This document shows positions 1 through 6,539 of a stretch of DNA of 61,464 nucleotides, one piece after another (the first letter of the stretch is position 1; each line of letters starts with the position of its first letter). The translations under genes and the position numbers were made by a program. The notes beneath the pieces are model-generated. The model had not been told where the DNA came from and did no database searches. It saw nothing but the letters and a program-made list of their open reading frames with translations. Source of the stretch: Candidatus Margulisiibacteriota bacterium (lineage in GTDB: Bacteria; Margulisbacteria; WOR-1; O2-12-FULL-45-9). The stretch is from positions 1 through 61,464 of the forward strand of contig JAYEOW010000046.1 in NCBI GenBank assembly GCA_034723395.1. Direction: 5' to 3'.

Positions 1-123
1 TCTTTTCTTCTCTAACCCTAAGAGATCACGAATCCTAAAAGAGAGCTCCAAATCCTTCATAATTTGGGTTAGATATTATATGATTTAACGTATAGGGCTA
101 TGGTTAGATTTTAGATGATTTAA

Positions 124-222
124 TTCGATGGGTTTATAAATCAAAAGAATTACGATATAATGATATCCCAAGCCGAAAATATTGTAAAACAACTATCCGG
201 TTTGCGAAAATCATTAAATTAG
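124..222 (+). pseudogene. 3' remnant of a four-helix-bundle (23S rRNA IVP/Avd-like) gene
   Basis: After a TAA at 121-123 the frame reads FDGFINQKNYDIMISQAENIVKQLSGLRKSLN*, resembling the last helix of the two intact paralogs (KITQMLNGLIRSAQ, ELSKMISGLINSQK). The 5' part of the gene is absent and AGTTGTT heptamers follow. Confidence 0.55.
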
Positions 223-277
223 TTGTTAGTTGTAGGTCCGATGAAATCGGACCGTGCTGTAAGTTGTTAGTTGATCA

Positions 278-348
278 GGTGGCATGGCCGAGTGGTTAGG
301 CAGTGGTCTGCAAAATCACGTACCCCGGTTCGAATCCGGGTGCCACCT
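278..348 (+). tRNA. tRNA-Cys(GCA)
   Basis: Acceptor stem GGTGGCA/TGCCACC; anticodon arm GTGGT-CT-GCA-AA-ATCAC; T-arm GGTTCGAATCC; CCA not encoded. Confidence 0.96.
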
Positions 349-354
349 TTATAG

Positions 355-485
355 ACAAGATCCAAGAGACAAGATACAATAACCAAATAATAATCAATGA
401 CCAATAATCAATAATCAAACATTATTTTATTTGATTATTGGAATTTGAAATTTATTTGTACCTTGTATCTTGATGATTGGTTATT
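355..485. repeat. Inverted array of degenerate heptamers between two tRNAs
   Basis: ACAAGAT CCAAGAG ACAAGAT ACAATAA...AATCAAT GACCAAT AATCAAT is followed by complementary units ATTGGAA...CTTGTAT CTTGATG ATTGGTT ATTG. Confidence 0.75.
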
Positions 486-499
486 GCCGCGCAGCGGTT

Positions 500-573
500 G
501 GGCGCTTAGCTCAGTTGGTTAGAGCACTTGCTTGACAGGCAAGGGGTCAGAGGTTCGAGCCCTCTAGCGCCCA
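500..573 (+). tRNA. tRNA-Val(GAC)
   Basis: Acceptor stem GGGCGCT/AGCGCCC; D-arm AGCTCAGTTGGTTAGAGC; anticodon arm CTTGC-TT-GAC-AG-GCAAG; T-loop GGTTCGAG. Confidence 0.96.
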
Positions 574-680
574 TTGATGAGTGAACATTATCGGGACTTG
601 ACAGGTGCCTCGACAGGCTCGGCACAGGCAAGGGCTTGTCCCGAGAGAGCGAAGCGAATCGAGGGGCGCGCATTCTTTTT

Positions 681-1271
681 TTATGTAGATGCTTCAGGCC
701 GTAAAGCGGAGCGAAGTTTTTTAGTGGTATCTTTACAAATCCGGCTGACCTGCGATTCGGACAACCCGATCTCTTTTCCGATCTCCTTAAATGTCTTATC
801 CTGCCGGTAATATCCTTCGATAACCGATTTTTCTTTATCTGTAAAATCTTTCATCGCCGAATCAAGATGGAGCATTTGATCGACATCAACATGCGCGATC
901 TGTTTTTTATTAAATGCCATATAGACATTGGCCGCGTTAGCGACATATTCGTAAATACCGGCGACCGGGTCCCCGCCGCGTTTTCTTAGATAATCCTGCA
1001 TCGATCCTTTTAATCTAACCGAAACATATGGCCAAAGCTCGCCTTTTCTCGGATCCCAGGTTTTTAAGCATTCCATAAATGCAATTTTAGCTTCGGATTC
1101 CAAATCGTGCGCTTCAGAGCCAGCGATATGGCGGGGGAGGGACGAGATGTACCAGCGGGCGGTCGATTTTATCTGCGGCAGGTATTTTTCTAAAGTCTCT
1201 TTTGAATGTTTAAGATATTCTTCTCTTAATATTCGAACAATTCTATCCTGAACTTCTTTTTTACTGATCAT
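681..1271 (-). CDS. Compact sigma-70 family factor, FliA/WhiG (sigma28)-like
   Basis: Region 2-like segment DLESEAKIAFMECLKTWDPRKG...YVSVRLKGSMQDYLRK and region 4 HTH YYRQDKTFKEIGKEIGLSESQVSRI; only 196 aa. Confidence 0.8.
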   Translation of the reverse strand: MISKKEVQDRIVRILREEYLKHSKETLEKYLPQIKSTARWYISSLPRHIAGSEAHDLESEAKIAFMECLKTWDPRKGELWPYVSVRLKGSMQDYLRKRGGDPVAGIYEYVANAANVYMAFNKKQIAHVDVDQMLHLDSAMKDFTDKEKSVIEGYYRQDKTFKEIGKEIGLSESQVSRICKDTTKKLRSALRPEAST

Positions 1272-1474
1272 GTGACAAATCTCTTTGATAATTTTCTGAG
1301 GAATTCTTTAACGCGCGGTGTTTTCAATTCCCGGCTAAAGCGTTCAGCAATATCTTCGCTAAATCTCCAGGAGGTCCTAAGGACGGGCGAAATTCCGGGG
1401 GGCGGGGGTGTTTTGGCGGGGCCGCGGAGGGCCGCTCTTTTGGTCTTGCTTTTCGATACTCTTTTGATACTCAT
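1268..1474 (-). CDS. Small basic hypothetical protein (MSIKRVSKS..., 68 aa)
   Basis: Its TGA overlaps the sigma-factor ATG (ATGA coupling); it also overlaps the 3' end of the upstream ORF. Confidence 0.45.
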   Translation of the reverse strand: MSIKRVSKSKTKRAALRGPAKTPPPPGISPVLRTSWRFSEDIAERFSRELKTPRVKEFLRKLSKRFVT

Positions 1475-1712
1475 GTTCTTTTTTGTTGTAACGGCTGGCA
1501 ATCGCCAATGCCTGGCGTCGTAAATCCGGGTTGGTGACAATTGAATCCGCCAGCGTGTTGACCATTTTAGCAAAGCCTTTAGATAATGTAAAGCTCCTGC
1601 CGTATTCGGTCTCCAATACCGCGACGACCATTTTTTCGGCGAGTTCTTTCGCGGTCAAATTGGGCGCGATTATTTTTTCTAGTTTTTCTTCAAAAGAATC
1701 CAGGTTTGGCAT
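1377..1712 (-). CDS. Hypothetical protein
   Basis: 111 aa ORF with natural-looking helical composition, first in the minus-strand unit that ends in the sigma factor. Confidence 0.65.
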   Translation of the reverse strand: MPNLDSFEEKLEKIIAPNLTAKELAEKMVVAVLETEYGRSFTLSKGFAKMVNTLADSIVTNPDLRRQALAIASRYNKKEHEYQKSIEKQDQKSGPPRPRQNTPAPRNFARP

Positions 1713-1794
1713 ATATATTCTTCGATAGTCTAGCTTAGGGATTTCAGGTTGGCAAGCGTAATCTTTAGTGTCGGATTCTAGACGATATTTGAGG

Positions 1795-1884
1795 GTAATC
1801 TGTAATTTGTAACTCGTAATCCGCGGTGGAGCAATATAAATATTCGTATTGCCAATTACGTATTACGGATTACGCATTACGCAT
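1795..1884. repeat. Inverted heptamer arrays upstream of the four-helix-bundle gene
   Basis: GTAATCT GTAATTT GTAACTC GTAATCC, then the complementary ATTACGT ATTACGG ATTACGC ATTACGC. Confidence 0.85.
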
Positions 1885-1905
1885 TCCTCCCAAAGGAGCG
1901 ACAGA

Positions 1906-2277
1906 ATGACAAATAAGATTAGAAACTTTACCGATTTGGAAGTCTGGAAACTTGGTCACGAATTTGTGCTCGATATATATAAAATTATTAAGCAATTCCC
2001 AAAACGCGAAATGTACGGTATTACGAGCCAATTGTGCCGTTCTTCTGTTTCGATAACCTCAAATATTGCGGAAGGATTTAGTCGATATCATTTTAAAGAT
2101 AAAATAAGATTTTATTATAATGCTAGGGGATCGGTCAGCGAAAGCCAGAACCATATTATTATTGCACGGGATGTTGGATATTTAGACGGGGAAATTTCCC
2201 AGAATCTTATATTCAGGATAAATAAAATAACACAAATGTTAAACGGTCTTATTCGTTCTGCACAAAACCAGCTCTAA
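1906..2277 (+). CDS. Four helix bundle protein (23S rRNA IVP/Avd-like family)
   Basis: Motifs FTDLEVWK, FPKREMYGITSQLCRSSVSITSNIAEG and RFYYNARGSVSE; SD AAGGAG precedes the ATG at 1906. Confidence 0.92.
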   Translation: MTNKIRNFTDLEVWKLGHEFVLDIYKIIKQFPKREMYGITSQLCRSSVSITSNIAEGFSRYHFKDKIRFYYNARGSVSESQNHIIIARDVGYLDGEISQNLIFRINKITQMLNGLIRSAQNQL

Positions 2278-2301
2278 ATATTTACCAACTACCTATTTCA
2301 G

Positions 2302-2337
2302 ATTACGAATTGCGCGTTACGAGTTACGTATTACGAA
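2302..2337 (+). repeat. Heptamer array downstream of the four-helix-bundle gene
   Basis: ATTACGA ATTGCGC GTTACGA GTTACGT ATTACGA; same unit as the upstream array. Confidence 0.85.
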
Positions 2338-2352
2338 CGAGCCAAAATATGG

Positions 2353-2382
2353 TTGACAAGTCTAATAACCGTATAATATAAT
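2353..2382 (+). promoter_or_regulatory. Sigma70-type promoter for the surface-protein operon
   Basis: TTGACA-N18-TATAAT. Confidence 0.65.
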
Positions 2383-2443
2383 GTACATGTAATGAAACCT
2401 TTTAAAAAAGGGGGCATAAATAGAGCCAAATAGGTTAATTTAG

Positions 2444-2469
2444 AACCAGCCGGACGGGCTGGTTTTTTT
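2444..2469 (+). terminator. Intrinsic terminator-like hairpin in the leader
   Basis: AACCAGCC-GGACG-GGCTGGTT running into a T tract. Confidence 0.7.
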
Positions 2470-2479
2470 GTTTTAAATT

Positions 2480-2710
2480 ATGATTAAACAAGAAGATAGA
2501 CTGGGTATACTGCTGGAAGAGATGCGCAGTAATTTTAAGCTGGCTTTCGAAAAGATAGATGCTTTGGGCCAAAAGCTTAGTGCTGGCTTAGAAAATGTTC
2601 ATTCTAGCCTGAAACAGGAAATAAGTGTAACAGCAAAGATATTTAGTCATGAAATCAAGGATATTGATAGTAAGTTAGAGAAACACATGCGACAACCAGC
2701 GCATGCCTGA
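2480..2710 (+). CDS. Small coiled-coil protein, paralog 1 (VHxSLKxE family)
   Basis: Motifs LLEEMRS, NVHSSLKQEISVTAK and KLEKH are shared with the ORFs at 5480 and 6201. Confidence 0.7.
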   Translation: MIKQEDRLGILLEEMRSNFKLAFEKIDALGQKLSAGLENVHSSLKQEISVTAKIFSHEIKDIDSKLEKHMRQPAHA

Positions 2711-2737
2711 TTCCGTGTATTAAAAGGAGTACAAAAA

Positions 2738-4447
2738 ATGGTTAAAAAAATATTATTATTCAGTTTCTTGTTTCTTCTGATTTCTGTTTCCGCTTCTTTT
2801 GCCGCAGAGCCTTATGTGATAAGTTTTCAGGGAAAGATCGATCCTATTCCGGCAACACCTTTTGACGTTGACTTTGTATTGTACAAAGATGCGGGGGCTA
2901 CTATTGCAGCGAATTGGCAGGAAACGCATGCTATACAAAGTACAGAGATTGATGCTAATGGCATTATTAATCGATTCCTTGGTAATGATCAGGATCTGGA
3001 ACAGGTAATTTTAGATAACACGGCGGGTCTTTGGTTAAAGATTACAGTTGACGGTACTCCACTTGATCCAGCTCAGGCCTTAACCGCCACCCCTTTTGCT
3101 TTTGTGGCAAAAAGGGTGAAGAATGATGCGTCGGGAGTTATTGTAGATGCTAAAAGCTCGGACGAGATAGCTATTTCCGGAATAACCCAATCAAATGAGT
3201 GGGGTAAGCCTGCGGTGTATGCGGAAGCGGGGGCAGTAGCGATCCAGGCAAAATCGAGCGCATACGGAGTTATGGCGGAGGTTGATGGTGCTGGTGGGAA
3301 TTATAATGCTATACAGGGGACAAATACTGGTGCTGGGAATGGAGTGTACGGGAAATCTTCCGCAACCGGGAAAGCGGGCATTAAGGGGAAAAATCTGATT
3401 GCGGGTGGTTATGGTGTTTATGGTTTATCTGTAAATGGACATGGTGTTTATGGTGAGAGTACGGATGGCTATGGAGTTTATGGTTTATCTGTAAATGGAC
3501 ATGGTGTTTATGGTGAGAGTACGGATGGCTATGGAGTTTATGGTTTATCTGTAAGTGGACATGGTGTTATAGGAAGTTCTGAATCAAGTAACAGATCAGG
3601 GGTTTATGGGACTGGGCTAGGGTGGGGTGTACTCGGAATAAGTACGAACAGTACAGTAACTCTCCCTTGGTTTGGTGTCCCCATTGGCGCGGTTGCCGGA
3701 GCTGGAGACGGACTAGTTGGAATAAGCGGTTTTAGCCAAAAGAATTATGGGGTTTTCGGATTGGCTGATACTAATCCGGGAATATGCGGAAGGGCAAATA
3801 GTTCGGTAGGAGTTGCTGGTGTTGGGGCAGATTTGCCCGAAGGCTGGGATGATGGTGATGTGGCAAATAGTAACGCGGGGGTGCGGGGGCTCAGCAGAAA
3901 TGATCGTGGGGTTGAGGGGATAAGCGACAATGATTATGGGGTTAAAGGCCATAGCAAAAACAATCATGGAGTTGTTGGATCAACCTATGGGACGGATAAA
4001 GCGGGTATTTATGGTTCGGCTGTTAACGGACCCGGGATTTACGGATATTCTAATAAATCGACTACCGCCGGCATTTATGCCCATAATACTAATAATGGTC
4101 CAGCTTTAGAAATCGGGAATGGTAAGATTAAGATGAGTTCAAATTCTCGAACTATTACGACTAATGGGCAAACAGTTAGCATAAATAGGTCTTTAGGTTC
4201 ATTTAGTCTGCAAGACATCTCTGGTGGCGTGCAATACTTTAATGTGAATTATGATAAACTCGACTCATCCTCTAAAATTTTATTAACCCTTGAGAGATTT
4301 GCCGGTTCAGGGTATCCATCCTATGGGTCCAACACCTTTGTTATGGTAGGAAATCGAAACACTAACAATAAAAGTTTTACGATTTATTTTAGTCGGACAA
4401 TCGGGATGGCCGAGGCTTACGCGCTGCATTATTTGATTATAAATTAG
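2738..4447 (+). CDS. Secreted glycine-rich fibre/adhesin-like protein
   Basis: Signal peptide; N-domain ISFQGK...W.ETH...NGI...LG...LWLKITVDG...QALTATPFAF; many G-V-Y-G repeats; SD AAGGAG. Confidence 0.8.
   Translation: MVKKILLFSFLFLLISVSASFAAEPYVISFQGKIDPIPATPFDVDFVLYKDAGATIAANWQETHAIQSTEIDANGIINRFLGNDQDLEQVILDNTAGLWLKITVDGTPLDPAQALTATPFAFVAKRVKNDASGVIVDAKSSDEIAISGITQSNEWGKPAVYAEAGAVAIQAKSSAYGVMAEVDGAGGNYNAIQGTNTGAGNGVYGKSSATGKAGIKGKNLIAGGYGVYGLSVNGHGVYGESTDGYGVYGLSVNGHGVYGESTDGYGVYGLSVSGHGVIGSSESSNRSGVYGTGLGWGVLGISTNSTVTLPWFGVPIGAVAGAGDGLVGISGFSQKNYGVFGLADTNPGICGRANSSVGVAGVGADLPEGWDDGDVANSNAGVRGLSRNDRGVEGISDNDYGVKGHSKNNHGVVGSTYGTDKAGIYGSAVNGPGIYGYSNKSTTAGIYAHNTNNGPALEIGNGKIKMSSNSRTITTNGQTVSINRSLGSFSLQDISGGVQYFNVNYDKLDSSSKILLTLERFAGSGYPSYGSNTFVMVGNRNTNNKSFTIYFSRTIGMAEAYALHYLIIN
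3411..3568 (+). repeat. In-frame 60-bp tandem repeat, about 2.6 near-identical copies
   Basis: Encodes repeated YGVYGLSVNGHGVYGESTDG. Confidence 0.92.
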
Positions 4448-4509
4448 TGCTTGCATAATATGATAGGGTTGATAGAATTAGTTATATTGGATTGATGGGG
4501 GTATAAAAT

Positions 4510-5388
4510 ATGAGAAAGATAATATTCAGTTTCTTGTTCCTTTTGATTTTTGTCGCCGCCTCTTTCGCCGCGCCGGTGAACGGCGAACCTTATCATATCA
4601 GTTTCCAGGGAAAGCTGGAGGGGGTGGCTGACCCGGCAAATGTATCCGTAAAATTTGACTTGTATGATGCTCCGACAGGAGGGGATTCGGTCTGGACAGA
4701 AACGCATAGCGGGCTAACGCTGGATAACGGTATTTTTAACGTGCTGCTTGGTAAAAGCGGGTCGCTTCTCGGTGACCTGGCTGACGCCACGCCGCTCTGG
4801 ATGGAGGTCGTGGTGGATGGCGGGGATCCGCTTATTCCCCGTCAAGCCCTAACTGCCGCTCCTTATTCCTTTTCGGCCAGGAACCTCAGGGGAGGAAATA
4901 TCGTTTTTGAAAATACTGGCGCTTATCCGGATCCCCAACCGGGAATGATGGCCTATAATAGTGATAGAGATAAAGTGGCCGTTTACGATAATACTGGTAG
5001 TAAATGGGTCGAGATCGATCCGGTGTATGTAAATAATCCTATATTATCTTCACCTAGAATAGGGACGAGTGGAATACCCGGTGCGACAAGTCAAACAATA
5101 TCAGTACCTAATATTACTGATGCAAGCGATATTATTTTAACCGGTTTATTTGGTTGGAGTGATTGGGGTTTAAATAGCGGAACTATTAAAATTGAAATTT
5201 TACGTGGAGCTGAGCCGATATTTACATATTATAATGCTTCAGGAGAGAGAGAAGGGCTTTATTTTGCTTTTCCTATACCGATTAGGGTTCCTCAGGGCAC
5301 CTCAGTTTCTGTGAGAGGAACGCATCTTAATAATGGCTATGCAAATTTTGCATATAATTTAAATTATATGCAGTTGCCTTTACAATGA
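4510..5388 (+). CDS. Secreted fibre-like protein sharing the N-domain of 2738
   Basis: Near-identical signal peptide (FSFLFLL...ASFAA); ISFQGK...FDLYDAPTGG..VWTETH...NGIFNVLLG...PRQALTAAPYSF; different C-terminal half. Confidence 0.8.
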   Translation: MRKIIFSFLFLLIFVAASFAAPVNGEPYHISFQGKLEGVADPANVSVKFDLYDAPTGGDSVWTETHSGLTLDNGIFNVLLGKSGSLLGDLADATPLWMEVVVDGGDPLIPRQALTAAPYSFSARNLRGGNIVFENTGAYPDPQPGMMAYNSDRDKVAVYDNTGSKWVEIDPVYVNNPILSSPRIGTSGIPGATSQTISVPNITDASDIILTGLFGWSDWGLNSGTIKIEILRGAEPIFTYYNASGEREGLYFAFPIPIRVPQGTSVSVRGTHLNNGYANFAYNLNYMQLPLQ

Positions 5389-5479
5389 AGTATAAAGGGG
5401 TTAAGGATTGCTTAAAAAAATATTAATGGTTTAGTTTGTTAGATTTTAGATGATTAGACTTTAGGTGGTTAGGAAAAAA

Positions 5480-5858
5480 ATGGCAGAAAAGAAAACAAAA
5501 ACAGGATTAGAAAAGATAGAAAAGCTCATTGTTGACGGGCAGAAAGAGGTAATAGGCCGAATCGATAAACTTGAGGATAGATTTATCGGCCTTGAGGGGA
5601 GAGTTGATAATGTAGAATCCTCCCTGCGGCAGGAGATTGGCAAGGTGCACAGCAGCTTGAAAAATGAGACATCGACCACGGCAAAAATGCTTGATTATGA
5701 TATCAAGGAAGTTGGCCGGCCAGGATAGGATTATCAAGGAACTGGAAGCCGCGCGGGAGGACCGCACTCTGGCATTAGGCAAAGACCGGGGCCAGGACCG
5801 GCGGATTGATAATTTAGAAAAGAGAACGGGCAGGATCGAAGAAAAAGTTGGGGTATAA
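5480..5858 (+). pseudogene. Small coiled-coil paralog 2, split across two frames or fused
   Basis: 5480-5728 carries KVHSSLKNETSTTAK and ends abruptly (EVGRPG*); a second frame continues GQDRIIKELEAAREDR...EEKVGV* to 5858. Confidence 0.5.
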
Positions 5859-5926
5859 AGCTTCGGGGAGCTTCGGAGGGTTTCGGAGGACATACCGGGA
5901 GTTGGAGGTTAAAGGATAGGTAAATT

Positions 5927-6193
5927 ATGGCTGAAAAGAAGATAAAAATGGGATTCAAATACGAGCGCAAAAGGATCAAGAGGGTCGTAAAACTGCCTCC
6001 AGTTTGTTCGGATTACGAGCCGATCAGCTATGGCGGTTGGTGCAAAAAAGCAGATTTATGTAAAAATGCGTCCGGTGCCTGGGATGGAATGGCCGGGGGA
6101 ACGTGCCGCGGAGGAACAGATCCTGAGGAAAGAGAAAAAATGAAAAAACGCAAAAACAGAAGCGCTTATGCGCATAATATAGGATTGAGTTAA
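5927..6193 (+). CDS. Small basic protein with four cysteines
   Basis: 88 aa ORF with a purine-rich SD; Cys spacing C-x11-C-x5-C-x14-C. Confidence 0.55.
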   Translation: MAEKKIKMGFKYERKRIKRVVKLPPVCSDYEPISYGGWCKKADLCKNASGAWDGMAGGTCRGGTDPEEREKMKKRKNRSAYAHNIGLS

Positions 6194-6200
6194 AGAGGAT

Positions 6201-6539
6201 ATGATGGCAAAAGAAAAAGAACGCTTTGAGACATTGCTGGAGGAGATCAGGGCTAAGGTCTCCACTGTGGCCGAAGGGCATGAAATCATAAAGAGAGAAA
6301 TGCGGGAGATGAAGGGCGAGTTAAAATCCGAAATCGGCGGTCTTAAAAGCGCGATAAAATTTGTTTCCACGAAAGTGGATAATGTGCACGATAGCTTGAA
6401 AAAAGAGATCGTATTTACCGCCGAAACAGTAAAGGATGAGCTTAGGGGAGAGATCAGGGATGTAGGCAAAAAACTCGATGAGCATTTAAAGGTGCCGCCT
6501 GCCTGGCCGGCCGGCAGGCAGGCATGCGGTATAAAATGA
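6201..6539 (+). CDS. Small coiled-coil paralog 3, C-terminus altered by a palindrome insertion
   Basis: Motifs LLEEIRA, NVHDSLKKEIVFTAE and KLDEH; the tail PAWPAGRQA is read from the 6498-6522 palindrome. Confidence 0.7.
   Translation: MMAKEKERFETLLEEIRAKVSTVAEGHEIIKREMREMKGELKSEIGGLKSAIKFVSTKVDNVHDSLKKEIVFTAETVKDELRGEIRDVGKKLDEHLKVPPAWPAGRQACGIK
6498..6522. repeat. CCTGCCTG...CAGGCAGG palindromic element
   Basis: Near-perfect 25-nt palindrome; a 20-nt sister copy lies at 19899-19918. Confidence 0.85.

Noticed and set aside
574..810. 78-aa plus-strand ORF
   Set aside because: It is read through palindromic repeats and antisense to the sigma gene.
1906..2277. Diversity-generating retroelement (Avd-like gene next to fibre genes)
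   Set aside because: No reverse transcriptase and no template/variable repeat pair differing at adenines was seen.
2388..2445. c-di-GMP-I riboswitch in the leader
   Set aside because: Only a vague resemblance; the GGCAAA..GAAA..GACGCAAA core is missing.
2738..5388. Prophage tail-fibre region
   Set aside because: The proteins have Sec signal peptides, and there are no capsid, terminase, portal, integrase or lysis genes.
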